Part shown: piece by piece, positions 1 to 11,543 of the stretch
Position numbering within the stretch: the stretch's first letter is position 1
How the letters are laid out: each line of letters begins with the position of its first letter
Assembly: GCF_053078305.1 (NCBI RefSeq)
Contig: NZ_CP166879.1
Strand: one strand, 5' to 3'
Length of the DNA: 64,000 bases
Notes under the pieces: model-generated
Told to the model about the DNA's origin: nothing
Seen by the model: the letters and a program-made list of their open reading frames with translations, nothing else
Database searches by the model: none
Position numbers and translations under genes: made by a program

Positions 1-79
1 CCACGGCGTGTTCTGGGTGATGGCGCTGGTGGCGCTTCCGGCAATGTTTTTGCGCCCGAAAGTTGTTCCCTCATGCTGA
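1..79 (+). CDS. 3' end of an ORF truncated by the window start; hydrophobic C-terminus, position consistent with hcaT-like transporter by synteny
   Basis: frame 2 open from window start to TGA at 77-79 (…HGVFWVMALVALPAMFLRPKVVPSC*); convergent with csiE; assignment by gene order only. Confidence 0.35.
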   Translation, partial: HGVFWVMALVALPAMFLRPKVVPSC

Positions 80-1351
80 TTCGAGCATTTTGCGGATCTG
101 CTCCTGTTGATGTGTTGTCAGTGTCAGGTCCGTATAGATCAGCGGTGGTGAAAAGAGCGGTAACGGCATGGTATAAGGAGCAATAATCAGTGCCGCGCCA
201 CGCGGAGCGCCTGTCTGCAAAAATGCCTTTACCGACATATGTTTAATGTTGAGCGGCAGTAACGTTAGTTCGCGTAACTGCTGCTCAATCTGCGCTTCTC
301 GCTCGCTATCATTCCCGGTCAGTAGAATAATCTGTTTTTCATGCAGATCGTTTTCCTGCATTAGCCAGGCACCGAAAATCACCGCGACCAGACCACTTTC
401 CTCATCAGAAAGATGGACGCCGTATTCACTTTCAAATCCGGCCAGCGCCGCGCGGGTGGTGCGTACCAGGCGTGGATACAGTCTGGCGAACTCTTCCGGC
501 AGGGTATTATCAATACCGATGGCAAACAAACTGCGATTTAACGCCTGGGCGAGGTGGGTATAAAGCTGATCACATAACCCCTGTTCATCATAAAAACAAA
601 CATTTCCCAGCTCACGAAAATGGTTTACCAGACGTTTGATAGACTGACGCAATTGTCTGTCCCGCTGATGCGCATCCCGCAATGGATCGGGAACCCGCAA
701 CATGGAAAAAAGTAGTGCCATAAACAGTGGCTCATCAGGTGGTACAGGCTGGAGCGCCCGACGCTGCCAGTGGCGTCCAATTTCCTGCGCTACCTGAAAT
801 TCAAGGCAGGATTCCGCCCAGCGACGTTGGAGCGGATTAAACTGAGGCGTAATTCCAGCGTGGTGCTGCAGCAAACAATATTGCAGATACAGACACAGGA
901 AATGAATATCGCGCGATTCAAAGCGTTTTTGCAGCCGTCGGGAGCAGAGATTCACTAACGCTTGTAGATTGGTATCGTCGTAAAAGTTACGCGCAATTCC
1001 GCGCCGCTTCAGTTCACTCTTCAGGGCGGGGGTGAATTGGCTGGTAATAAATGACGGACACAGACGGAAACCACGTCGTAGCCAGTGAAATAAACACAAA
1101 CGTTGGTTAAGCACTGTACCTTCAACCCGGTAGCTACCGTCATAACCAGTCGTCAGTGTGAGTTGATGATAGCGCAGGATCTCCCGTCCTGTTTCGCTGA
1201 TATCAAGACTGGCAATATCATCATCCACACCATTAAGCTCGCTGAAGGTTGCCATGGTGGCGGTCAACCCCGGCTGAAAGAGCGTCAGCAAGATCTGGCA
1301 GCGGCGCTGGGGAGCCGAAAGGACAGATGGTGGAGCAAGCGTAGGCATCAT
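71..1351 (-). CDS. csiE: stationary-phase inducible protein CsiE (PRD-domain protein)
   Basis: ORF track 71..1372; recognised protein begins at internal MMPTLAPPSV giving 426 aa. Confidence 0.8.
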   Translation of the reverse strand: MMPTLAPPSVLSAPQRRCQILLTLFQPGLTATMATFSELNGVDDDIASLDISETGREILRYHQLTLTTGYDGSYRVEGTVLNQRLCLFHWLRRGFRLCPSFITSQFTPALKSELKRRGIARNFYDDTNLQALVNLCSRRLQKRFESRDIHFLCLYLQYCLLQHHAGITPQFNPLQRRWAESCLEFQVAQEIGRHWQRRALQPVPPDEPLFMALLFSMLRVPDPLRDAHQRDRQLRQSIKRLVNHFRELGNVCFYDEQGLCDQLYTHLAQALNRSLFAIGIDNTLPEEFARLYPRLVRTTRAALAGFESEYGVHLSDEESGLVAVIFGAWLMQENDLHEKQIILLTGNDSEREAQIEQQLRELTLLPLNIKHMSVKAFLQTGAPRGAALIIAPYTMPLPLFSPPLIYTDLTLTTHQQEQIRKMLESA

Positions 1352-1541
1352 CTGTAGATCTCCCATAAGCATAATTGATAAGAATAGCTAAAGTTTGCTC
1401 AGGGAAATGGCGAAGGGAATGCTAATCATCAGAAATGTTGGCAAGCGTCACAGAATTTTTCTCATCTTAAACTGTTCTGACCAGTGGATTAGCATGTCTT
1501 AAGGTGGTTTTGTGAATGATTATCGTGCTAGCGATCATGGG

Positions 1542-2423
1542 TTAGTTCTGCGGATTCAACGCGCTAAGGATAAAGTCCACCATCTGTTCGCGATAAACAT
1601 CGCCGTGACGATCGGAAAAAGCATCAATGTGTTCGCCATCCGGGATTAGGATCAACCGTTTTGGCTCTTTTGCCAGGCTATACAACTTTTCGCTGTGCTG
1701 CCATGGGATAACGTGATCAGCTTTACCGTGAATGAGTAAAAGCGGGATCGGGCTGACGCTGGCGATGTAATTTTCGCCGCTGTAACTCTCATCAAGTAAG
1801 TAGCCACTGCCGGGGATCATCTGGTTGGCGATGGTTGCATAAGAGGCAAATGTGGAGTCGAGGATCACCGCACGTATGCCTTCACGATCACCCTGACCAA
1901 TAACAGCAAGAATATTCGCCCCGCCAATACTCTGCCCGAACAGCACCAGCCGTTGTGGGTTTACATCACTGCGATGGCGCACCACATTGATGGCGCTTTG
2001 CGTATCGTCCAGCAATCCGGCCTGGGACGGCGTGCCTTTTGATTTACCAAACCCGCGATAATCAAACATAAAAACGTTGAAATTACGCTCGGGTAACCAA
2101 CTGACCAGCGGCCAGTGGGCGGACATATTTCCGGCATTGCCGTGAGCATGAATGATGGTTGCGATGGCGTTGTCAGCAGGGCCCGTCGAAGAAGGGATAA
2201 ACCAGCCTTGCAGACGAGTACCGTCCTTAGCCGTAAATTCGACGGATTCCGCCGACCAGGGGTCGGGACCGTAAATTTTATCGTCAGGATAATAGAAGAA
2301 GTTGATGGCAACGCGCGGCACTAAATAAACGCAGAAGGCAACAACAAAGAGAATAAACAGAATTTTGAGAACGCGTTTGTTCACTGGCAGTGCCATAACC
2401 TTTCCTTGCGACTTCTTTATCAT
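1542..2423 (-). CDS. yfhR: alpha/beta hydrolase family protein YfhR
   Basis: 293-aa ORF with N-terminal TM segment and GQSIGG serine hydrolase motif; synteny next to suhB. Confidence 0.75.
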   Translation of the reverse strand: MIKKSQGKVMALPVNKRVLKILFILFVVAFCVYLVPRVAINFFYYPDDKIYGPDPWSAESVEFTAKDGTRLQGWFIPSSTGPADNAIATIIHAHGNAGNMSAHWPLVSWLPERNFNVFMFDYRGFGKSKGTPSQAGLLDDTQSAINVVRHRSDVNPQRLVLFGQSIGGANILAVIGQGDREGIRAVILDSTFASYATIANQMIPGSGYLLDESYSGENYIASVSPIPLLLIHGKADHVIPWQHSEKLYSLAKEPKRLILIPDGEHIDAFSDRHGDVYREQMVDFILSALNPQN

Positions 2424-2540
2424 CCATTAATCGGGGAAAGATGGTGGGAGAGTGACGAAAGAAAGTAAAGCGGTGAGGAAGTATTTCGGAATAGCGCCTG
2501 AAAGGCGAGGGCGGGTGAGTGATATCACCCGCCTGAGTCA

Positions 2541-3344
2541 TTAACGCTTCAGAGCGTCGCTTAACTCGTCACGCATGTTCGCCAGCATGGCTTTAACAAC
2601 ACGCGGGTTACCAGCAACGATGTTACCGGTCAGCATATAGTTATGACCACCGGTGAAGTCGCTGACGATGCCGCCCGCTTCACGAACCAGCAGCTCGCCT
2701 GCAGCGAAGTCCCACGGGCGCAGACCGATTTCAAAGAAACCGTCAACACGACCCGCAGCGACGTAAGCCAGATCCAGCGCCGCAGAACCGGTACGACGGA
2801 AGTCTGCACATTCGTTGAACAGTTTGCCGACGATGTTGATGTAGGTAGTGGCGTACTGTTTTGCTTTGAACGGGAAGCCGGTCGCCAGAATAGTACCGTC
2901 GAGATCGCGAGCGGTGCTGCCGCGCAGACGGTAGCCGTTCAGCTGTGCGCCCTGACCGCGAGTGGCGGTGAACAGTTCGTTACGCATAGGATCGTATACC
3001 ACAGCAACTTCGGTGCGGCCTTTGATACGAACGGCGATAGATACCGCGAAGTGCGGCAGACGTTTGATAAAGTTGGTAGTGCCATCCAGTGGATCGATAA
3101 CCCATTGAACATCCTGATCAGTACCTTCAAGTTCACCGCTTTCTTCGGTGATGATGGTGTGCTGTGGGTAAGATTTACGAATCGTGTCGATAATCACCGC
3201 TTCGGCAGCTTTATCTACGTTGGTCACGAAATCGTTACTGCCTTTCTGGCTCGCTTCTACAGCGTCCGGGGTTTCATAGTTTTTGGCAATTAAATTACCC
3301 GCCTTGCGCGCTGCGCGCACGGCGATGTTCAGCATCGGATGCAT
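2541..3344 (-). CDS. suhB: inositol monophosphatase SuhB
   Basis: 267-aa ORF, IMPase motifs (WVIDPLDGT), synteny. Confidence 0.9.
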   Translation of the reverse strand: MHPMLNIAVRAARKAGNLIAKNYETPDAVEASQKGSNDFVTNVDKAAEAVIIDTIRKSYPQHTIITEESGELEGTDQDVQWVIDPLDGTTNFIKRLPHFAVSIAVRIKGRTEVAVVYDPMRNELFTATRGQGAQLNGYRLRGSTARDLDGTILATGFPFKAKQYATTYINIVGKLFNECADFRRTGSAALDLAYVAAGRVDGFFEIGLRPWDFAAGELLVREAGGIVSDFTGGHNYMLTGNIVAGNPRVVKAMLANMRDELSDALKR

Positions 3345-3462
3345 CGGTCTCTCTCACTGGATGTTAAAGAACGGGAAAACGGCGCAGAGTATAGCAGCGA
3401 GATCGGCATCTGTCTTCGTTTTATGATAAGATGCGCGAATAATCTTTAGACGAAGAAAGACA

Positions 3463-4203
3463 ATGCTGCAAAATATTCGAATTGTGCTGGTGGAGACGTC
3501 ACACACCGGCAATATGGGTTCTGTTGCCCGTGCCATGAAAACAATGGGATTAACCAATCTGTGGCTGGTTAATCCACTGGTGAAACCTGACTCCCAGGCT
3601 ATTGCCCTGGCGGCGGGGGCCAGCGATGTGATTGGTAATGCTCACATCGTCGATACGCTCGACGAAGCGTTAGCCGGTTGTAGCCTGGTGGTGGGCACCA
3701 GCGCACGTTCCCGCACGCTGCCGTGGCCGATGCTCGACCCGCGCGAATGCGGTCTGAAAAGCGTCGCTGAAGCGGCAAATACCCCGGTGGCGCTGGTCTT
3801 TGGTCGCGAGCGCGTCGGCTTGACCAATGAAGAGTTGCAGAAATGCCATTATCATGTCGCGATTGCGGCAAACCCGGAATACAGTTCGCTGAACCTGGCA
3901 ATGGCGGTTCAGGTTATTGCCTATGAAGTGCGTATGGCCTGGCTGGCAACTCAGGAAAATGGCGAGCAGGTCGAGCATGAAGAGACGCCGTATCCGCTGG
4001 TCGATGATCTGGAGCGTTTTTATGGTCATCTGGAACAAACGCTGCTGGCAACCGGTTTTATCCGTGAAAACCATCCGGGGCAGGTGATGAATAAATTGCG
4101 CCGTCTGTTTACCCGTGCGCGCCCGGAAAGCCAGGAATTGAATATCCTGCGCGGGATTCTGGCTTCTATAGAGCAGCAGAATAAAGGTAATAAGGCCGAA
4201 TAA
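3463..4203 (+). CDS. trmJ: tRNA (cytidine/uridine-2'-O)-methyltransferase TrmJ
   Basis: 246-aa SPOUT-family ORF divergent from suhB. Confidence 0.9.
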
Positions 4204-4211
4204 CAGTGGTT

Positions 4212-4297
4212 GCCTGATGCGATGCTTAACGCGTCTTATCAGGCCTACAGTGAACAGAACCGTAGGTCGGATAAGGTGTTCACACCGCATCCGACAA
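4212..4297. repeat. REP/BIME palindromic elements downstream of trmJ
   Basis: GCCTGATGCGATGCTTAACGCGTCTTATCAGGCCTAC and GTAGGTCGGATAAGGTGTTCACACCGCATCCGACAA match REP consensus. Confidence 0.6.
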
Positions 4298-4337
4298 CAG
4301 GTACAAACGCCACGATAAAAAAATGGCACTGAAGGTT

Positions 4338-4403
4338 AAATACCCGACTAAATCAGTCAAGTAAATAGTTGACCAATTTACTCGGGAATGTCAGACTTGA
4401 CCC
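4338..4403 (+). promoter_or_regulatory. iscR promoter region with IscR type-1-like operator sequences
   Basis: AAATACCCGACTAAATCAGTCAAGTAAAT and following AT-rich repeat upstream of iscR; known autoregulation of isc operon. Confidence 0.45.
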
Positions 4404-4472
4404 TGCTATGCAATACCCCCACTTTTACAATAAAAAACCCCGGGCAGGGGCGAGTTTGAGGTGAAGTAAGAC

Positions 4473-4961
4473 ATGAGACTGACATCTAAAGGGCGCTATG
4501 CCGTGACCGCAATGCTTGACGTTGCGCTCAACTCTGAAGCGGGCCCGGTACCGTTGGCTGATATTTCCGAACGTCAGGGAATTTCCCTTTCTTATCTGGA
4601 ACAACTGTTTTCCCGTCTGCGTAAAAATGGTCTGGTTTCCAGCGTACGTGGACCAGGCGGTGGTTATCTGTTAGGCAAAGATGCCAGCAGCATCGCCGTT
4701 GGCGAAGTGATTAGCGCCGTTGACGAATCTGTAGATGCTACCCGTTGTCAGGGTAAAGGCGGTTGCCAGGGCGGCGATAAATGCCTGACCCACGCGCTGT
4801 GGCGTGATTTGAGCGACCGTCTCACCGGTTTTCTCAACAACATTACTTTAGGCGAACTGGTTAATAACCAGGAAGTGCTGGATGTGTCTGGTCGTCAGCA
4901 TACTCACGACGCGCCACGCACCCGCACACAAGACGCGATCGACGTTAAGTTACGCGCTTAA
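4473..4961 (+). CDS. iscR: Fe-S cluster assembly transcriptional regulator IscR
   Basis: 162-aa Rrf2-family ORF, first gene of isc operon. Confidence 0.95.
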
Positions 4962-5072
4962 TAAAAAGAATTCAGAATCAGGCCGGAGTGCTAAATACTC
5001 CGTAAACACGGTCGTACATCCAGCCGGTAGCCTGATTCCTTGCATTGAGTGATGTACGGAGTTTATAGAGCA

Positions 5073-6287
5073 ATGAAATTACCGATTTATCTCGACTACT
5101 CCGCAACCACGCCGGTGGACCCGCGTGTTGCCGAGAAAATGATGCAGTTTATGACGATGGACGGAACCTTTGGTAACCCGGCCTCCCGTTCTCACCGTTT
5201 CGGCTGGCAGGCTGAAGAAGCGGTAGATATCGCCCGTAATCAGATTGCCGATCTGGTCGGCGCTGATCCGCGTGAAATCGTCTTTACCTCTGGTGCAACC
5301 GAATCTGACAACCTGGCGATCAAAGGTGCAGCCAACTTTTATCAGAAAAAAGGCAAGCACATCATCACCAGCAAAACCGAACACAAAGCGGTACTGGATA
5401 CCTGCCGTCAGCTGGAGCGCGAAGGTTTCGAAGTCACCTACCTGGCACCGCAGCGTAACGGTATTATCGACCTGAAAGAACTCGAAGCGGCGATGCGTGA
5501 CGACACCATCCTCGTTTCTATCATGCACGTGAATAACGAAATCGGCGTGGTACAGGATATTGCGGCTATCGGCGAAATGTGCCGTGCTCGTGGCATTATC
5601 TATCACGTTGATGCAACCCAGAGCGTGGGCAAACTGCCTATCGACCTGAGCCAGTTGAAAGTTGACCTGATGTCTTTCTCCGGTCACAAAATCTATGGCC
5701 CGAAAGGTATCGGTGCGCTGTATGTGCGTCGTAAACCGCGCGTACGCATCGAAGCGCAAATGCACGGCGGCGGTCACGAACGCGGTATGCGTTCCGGCAC
5801 TCTGCCTGTTCACCAGATCGTCGGAATGGGCGAAGCCTATCGCATCGCAAAAGAAGAGATGGCGACCGAGATGGAACGTCTGCGCGGCCTGCGTAACCGT
5901 CTGTGGAACGGCATCAAAGATATCGAAGAAGTTTACCTGAACGGTGACCTGGAACACGGTGCGCCGAACATTCTCAACGTCAGCTTCAACTACGTTGAAG
6001 GTGAGTCGCTGATTATGGCGCTGAAAGACCTCGCGGTTTCTTCCGGTTCCGCCTGTACGTCAGCAAGCCTCGAACCGTCCTACGTGCTGCGCGCGCTGGG
6101 GCTGAACGACGAGCTGGCACATAGCTCTATCCGTTTCTCTTTAGGTCGTTTTACTACTGAAGAAGAGATCGACTACACCATCGAGTTAGTTCGTAAATCC
6201 ATCGGTCGTCTGCGTGACCTTTCTCCGCTGTGGGAAATGTACAAGCAGGGCGTGGATCTGAACAGCATCGAATGGGCTCATCATTAA
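5073..6287 (+). CDS. iscS: cysteine desulfurase IscS
   Basis: ORF track 5049..6287; recognised start [16 protein letters not shown] at 5073 with GGAG upstream; 404 aa. Confidence 0.95.
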
Positions 6288-6314
6288 TCGGTATCGGAAT
6301 CAGGAGAATTTATA

Positions 6315-6701
6315 ATGGCTTACAGCGAAAAAGTTATCGACCATTACGAGAATCCGCGTAACGTGGGTTCCTTTGACAACAACGACGAGAACGTCGGCAG
6401 CGGCATGGTGGGTGCACCGGCCTGTGGCGACGTGATGAAGTTGCAGATTAAAGTCAACGATGAAGGTATCATTGAAGACGCGCGTTTTAAAACTTACGGC
6501 TGCGGTTCCGCTATCGCTTCCAGCTCCCTGGTCACCGAATGGGTGAAAGGGAAGTCTCTCGACGAAGCGCAGGCGATCAAAAACACCGATATTGCTGAAG
6601 AACTTGAACTGCCGCCGGTGAAAATTCACTGTTCTATTCTGGCAGAAGACGCGATCAAAGCCGCCATTGCGGACTATAAAAGCAAACGTGAAGCAAAATA
6701 A
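6315..6701 (+). CDS. iscU: Fe-S cluster scaffold IscU
   Basis: 128-aa ORF MAYSEKVIDHYENPRNVG. Confidence 0.95.
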   Translation: MAYSEKVIDHYENPRNVGSFDNNDENVGSGMVGAPACGDVMKLQIKVNDEGIIEDARFKTYGCGSAIASSSLVTEWVKGKSLDEAQAIKNTDIAEELELPPVKIHCSILAEDAIKAAIADYKSKREAK

Positions 6702-6717
6702 GAGTTGAGGTTTGGTT

Positions 6718-7041
6718 ATGTCGATTACACTGAGCGACAGTGCAGCAGCGCGAGTAAATACCTTTCTGGCTAACCGCGGCAAAGGGTTTGGCCTGCGTCT
6801 GGGCGTGAGAACCTCCGGATGTTCAGGTATGGCTTATGTACTGGAATTTGTTGACGAACCGACGCCGGAAGACATCGTGTTTGAAGACAAAGGCGTGAAA
6901 GTCGTGGTCGATGGCAAAAGCCTGCAATTTCTGGACGGTACGCAGCTGGACTTCGTAAAAGAAGGCCTGAACGAAGGGTTTAAATTCACCAACCCGAACG
7001 TTAAAGATGAGTGTGGTTGCGGCGAAAGCTTCCACGTTTGA
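6718..7041 (+). CDS. iscA: Fe-S cluster insertion protein IscA
   Basis: ORF track starts at TTG 6712; ATG at 6718 gives [13 protein letters not shown], 107 aa. Confidence 0.9.
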   Translation: MSITLSDSAAARVNTFLANRGKGFGLRLGVRTSGCSGMAYVLEFVDEPTPEDIVFEDKGVKVVVDGKSLQFLDGTQLDFVKEGLNEGFKFTNPNVKDECGCGESFHV

Positions 7042-7136
7042 TGCGCATACCGATAACCCCACCGTGGTCGCCTGCGCGTGGGGTTTGTTTTACCTGATTC
7101 GCCGTTATCGCGGCGGATCGCAGCCCTGAGAATGTT

Positions 7137-7652
7137 ATGGATTACTTCACCCTCTTTGGCTTGCCTGCCCGTTATCAACTCGATACCCAGGCGCTGAGCC
7201 TGCGTTTTCAGGATCTACAACGTCAGTATCATCCTGATAAATTCGCCAGCGGAAGCCAGGCGGAACAACTCGCCGCCGTACAGCAATCTGCAACCATTAA
7301 CCAGGCCTGGCAAACGCTGCGTCATCCGTTAATGCGCGCGGAATATTTGCTTTCTTTGCACGGCTTTGATCTCGCCAGCGAGCAGCATACTGTGCGCGAC
7401 ACCGCGTTCCTGATGGAACAGTTGGAGCTGCGCGAAGAGCTGGACGAGATCGAACAGGCGAAAGATGAAGCGCGGCTGGAAAGCTTTATCAAACGTGTGA
7501 AAAAGATGTTTGATACCCGCCATCAGTTGATGGTTGAACAGTTAGACAACGAGACCTGGGACGCGGCGGCGGATACCGTGCGTAAGCTGCGTTTTCTCGA
7601 TAAACTGCGAAGCAGTGCCGAACAACTCGAAGAAAAACTGCTCGATTTTTAA
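7137..7652 (+). CDS. hscB: co-chaperone HscB
   Basis: 171-aa J-domain ORF. Confidence 0.9.
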
Positions 7653-7668
7653 TTTCTGGAAGCTAAAC

Positions 7669-9519
7669 ATGGCCTTATTACAAATTAGTGAACCTGGTTT
7701 GAGTGCTGCGCCGCATCAGCGTCGTCTGGCGGCCGGTATTGACCTGGGCACAACCAACTCGCTGGTGGCGACAGTGCGCAGCGGTCAGGCCGAAACGTTA
7801 GCCGACCATGAAGGCCGTCACCTGCTGCCATCTGTTGTTCACTATCAACAGCAAGGGCATTCGGTGGGTTATGACGCGCGTACTAATGCAGCGCTCGATA
7901 CCGCCAACACAATTAGTTCTGTTAAACGCCTGATGGGACGCTCGCTGGCTGATATCCAGCAACGCTATCCGCATCTGCCTTATCAATTCCAGGCCAGCGA
8001 AAACGGCCTGCCGATGATTGAAACGGCGGCGGGGCTGCTGAACCCGGTGCGCGTTTCTGCGGACATCCTCAAAGCACTGGCGGCGCGGGCAACTGAAGCC
8101 CTGGCAGGCGAGCTGGATGGTGTAGTTATCACCGTTCCGGCGTACTTTGACGATGCCCAGCGTCAGGGCACCAAAGACGCGGCGCGTCTGGCGGGCCTTC
8201 ACGTCCTGCGCTTACTTAACGAACCGACCGCTGCGGCTATCGCCTACGGGCTGGATTCCGGTCAGGAAGGCGTGATCGCCGTTTATGACCTCGGTGGCGG
8301 GACGTTTGATATTTCCATTCTGCGCTTAAGTCGCGGCGTGTTTGAAGTGCTGGCAACCGGCGGTGATTCCGCGCTCGGCGGCGATGATTTCGACCATCTG
8401 CTGGCGGATTACATTCGCGAGCAGGCGGGCATTCCTGATCGTAGCGATAACCGCGTTCAGCGTGAACTGCTGGATGCCGCCATTGCAGCCAAAATCGCGC
8501 TGAGCGATGCGGACTCCGTGACCGTTAACGTTGCGGGCTGGCAGGGCGAAATCAGCCGTGAACAATTCAATGAACTGATCGCGCCACTGGTAAAACGAAC
8601 CTTACTGGCCTGTCGTCGCGCGCTGAAAGATGCGGGTGTTGAGGCTGACGAAGTACTGGAAGTGGTGATGGTGGGCGGTTCTACTCGCGTGCCGCTGGTG
8701 CGTGAACGGGTAGGCGAATTTTTCGGTCGTCCACCGCTGACTTCCATCGACCCGGATAAAGTCGTCGCTATTGGCGCGGCGATTCAGGCGGATATTCTGG
8801 TGGGTAACAAGCCAGACAGCGAAATGCTGTTGCTTGATGTGATCCCACTGTCGCTGGGCCTCGAAACGATGGGCGGCCTGGTGGAGAAAGTGATTCCGCG
8901 TAATACCACTATTCCGGTGGCCCGCGCTCAGGATTTCACCACCTTTAAAGATGGTCAGACGGCGATGTCTATCCATGTAATGCAGGGTGAGCGCGAACTG
9001 GTGCAGGACTGCCGCTCACTGGCGCGTTTTGCGCTGCGTGGTATTCCGGCGCTACCGGCTGGCGGTGCGCATATTCGCGTGACGTTCCAGGTCGATGCCG
9101 ACGGTCTTTTGAGCGTGACGGCGATGGAGAAATCCACCGGCGTTGAGGCGTCTATTCAGGTCAAACCGTCTTACGGTCTGACCGATAGCGAAATCGCTTC
9201 GATGATCAAAGACTCAATGAGCTATGCCGAGCAGGACGTAAAAGCCCGAATGCTGGCAGAACAAAAAGTAGAAGCGGCGCGTGTGCTGGAAAGTCTGCAC
9301 GGCGCGCTGGCTGCTGATGCCGCGCTGTTAAGCGCCGCAGAACGTCAGGTCATTGACGATGCTGCCGCTCACCTGAGTGAAGTGGCGCAGGGCGATGATG
9401 TTGACGCCATCGAACAAGCGATTAAAAACGTAGACAAACAAACCCAGGATTTCGCCGCTCGCCGCATGGACCAGTCGGTTCGTCGTGCGCTGAAAGGCCA
9501 TTCCGTGGACGAGGTTTAA
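7669..9519 (+). CDS. hscA: Fe-S cluster chaperone HscA (Hsp70 family)
   Basis: ORF track 7615..9519; recognised start [10 protein letters not shown] at 7669; 616 aa. Confidence 0.95.
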
Positions 9520-9520
9520 T

Positions 9521-9856
9521 ATGCCAAAGATTGTTATTTTGCCTCATCAGGATCTCTGCCCTGATGGCGCTGTTCTGGAAGCTAATAGCGGTGAAACCAT
9601 TCTCGACGCAGCGCTGCGTAACGGTATCGAGATTGAACACGCCTGTGAAAAATCCTGTGCTTGCACCACCTGCCACTGCATCGTTCGTGAAGGTTTTGAC
9701 TCACTGCCGGAAAGCTCAGAGCAGGAAGACGACATGCTGGACAAAGCCTGGGGACTGGAGCCGGAAAGCCGTTTAAGCTGCCAGGCGCGCGTCACCGACG
9801 AAGATTTAGTGGTCGAAATCCCGCGTTACACTATCAACCATGCGCGTGAGCATTAA
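9521..9856 (+). CDS. fdx: [2Fe-2S] ferredoxin Fdx
   Basis: 111-aa ORF with adrenodoxin-type Cys motif. Confidence 0.9.
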
Positions 9857-9867
9857 CAGAGGTTAGT

Positions 9868-10068
9868 ATGGGACTTAAGTGGACTGATAGCCGCGAAATT
9901 GGCGAAGCACTGTACGATGCGTATCCCGATCTTGATCCGAAAACGGTTCGATTCACCGATATGCATCAGTGGATTTGCGATCTGGAAGATTTCGACGACG
10001 ACCCGCAGGCATCCAACGAGAAAATCCTCGAAGCGATTTTGTTAGTCTGGCTGGACGAAGCCGAGTAA
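9868..10068 (+). CDS. iscX: Fe-S assembly protein IscX
   Basis: 66-aa acidic ORF at end of isc operon. Confidence 0.85.
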
Positions 10069-10071
10069 ATG

Positions 10072-10102
10072 AACGGGCTGCCTGGGGGTAGCCCGTTTTG
10101 CT
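10072..10102 (+). terminator. rho-independent terminator of isc operon
   Basis: hairpin AACGGGCT...AGCCCGTT followed by T-rich tract right after iscX stop. Confidence 0.55.
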
Positions 10103-10126
10103 GTTAAACGAATAAGGATAACTAAA

Positions 10127-11410
10127 ATGACAGAAGCGATGAAAATTACCCTTTCTACCCAACCTGCCGACGCGCGCTGGGGAGAAAAAGCAACTTACAG
10201 CATTAATAATGATGGCATTACCCTGCATTTGAACGGGGCAGACGATCTGGGGCTGATCCAGCGTGCGGCGCGCAAGATTGACGGTCTGGGCATCAAGCAT
10301 GTTCAGCTAAGCGGTGAAGGCTGGGATGCGGATCGCTGCTGGGCATTCTGGCAAGGTTACAAAGCCCCGAAAGGCACGCGTAAAGTGGAGTGGCCGGATC
10401 TGGACGATACCCAGCGCCAGGAACTCGATAACCGCCTGATGATCATCGACTGGGTGCGTGACACCATCAACGCACCGGCGGAAGAGCTGGGGCCATCGCA
10501 ACTGGCACAGCGTGCTGTTGATCTGATCAGCAACGTCGCGGGCGATCGTGTGACTTATCGGATCACCAAAGGCGAAGATCTGCGTGAGCAAGGTTATATG
10601 GGGCTGCACACCGTCGGACGCGGTTCAGAACGTTCTCCGGTATTGCTGGCGCTGGATTACAACCCAACTGGCGATAAAGAAGCGCCAGTGTACGCGTGCC
10701 TGGTAGGTAAAGGTATCACTTTTGACTCCGGTGGCTACAGCATCAAACAGACTGCGTTTATGGACTCGATGAAGTCGGACATGGGCGGCGCGGCAACGGT
10801 TACCGGGGCGCTGGCATTTGCCATTACGCGCGGACTGAACAAGCGCGTGAAGCTGTTCCTCTGCTGTGCGGATAACCTGATTAGCGGCAATGCGTTCAAG
10901 CTGGGCGATATCATCACCTATCGCAACGGTAAAAAAGTTGAAGTGATGAACACTGATGCCGAAGGGCGTCTGGTGCTTGCCGATGGTCTGATTGATGCCA
11001 GTGCGCAGAAACCGGAAATGATCATTGATGCGGCGACCCTCACCGGGGCGGCGAAAACTGCGCTGGGTAATGATTATCACGCGCTGTTCAGTTTTGACGA
11101 TGCGCTTGCCGGTCGTTTGCTGGCGAGTGCCTCACAAGAGAACGAACCATTCTGGCGTCTGCCGCTGGCGGAATTCCACCGCAGCCAGCTGCCGTCTAAC
11201 TTTGCCGAACTGAACAATACCGGAAGCGCGGCGTATCCGGCAGGCGCGAGCACGGCAGCGGGCTTCCTGTCGCACTTTGTTGAGAACTATCAGCAAGGCT
11301 GGCTGCATATCGACTGCTCGGCGACTTACCGTAAAGCGCCGGTTGAACAGTGGTCTGCGGGTGCTACGGGACTTGGTGTGCGCACGATTGCTAATCTGTT
11401 AACGGCGTAA
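10127..11410 (+). CDS. pepB: aminopeptidase B PepB (M17 family)
   Basis: 427-aa ORF, leucyl aminopeptidase motifs. Confidence 0.9.
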   Translation: MTEAMKITLSTQPADARWGEKATYSINNDGITLHLNGADDLGLIQRAARKIDGLGIKHVQLSGEGWDADRCWAFWQGYKAPKGTRKVEWPDLDDTQRQELDNRLMIIDWVRDTINAPAEELGPSQLAQRAVDLISNVAGDRVTYRITKGEDLREQGYMGLHTVGRGSERSPVLLALDYNPTGDKEAPVYACLVGKGITFDSGGYSIKQTAFMDSMKSDMGGAATVTGALAFAITRGLNKRVKLFLCCADNLISGNAFKLGDIITYRNGKKVEVMNTDAEGRLVLADGLIDASAQKPEMIIDAATLTGAAKTALGNDYHALFSFDDALAGRLLASASQENEPFWRLPLAEFHRSQLPSNFAELNNTGSAAYPAGASTAAGFLSHFVENYQQGWLHIDCSATYRKAPVEQWSAGATGLGVRTIANLLTA

Positions 11411-11418
11411 ACTAATAT

Positions 11419-11518
<100 letters not shown>

Positions 11519-11543
11519 TTGTGCCCCGAACGTTGAATGAATT

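Noticed and set aside
3670-4329. 219-aa minus-strand ORF overlapping trmJ
   Set aside because: Antisense shadow ORF inside a well-supported gene; Arg/Cys-rich low-complexity translation, no independent signals
5079-5957. 292-aa minus-strand ORF inside iscS
   Set aside because: Antisense shadow ORF within highly conserved iscS
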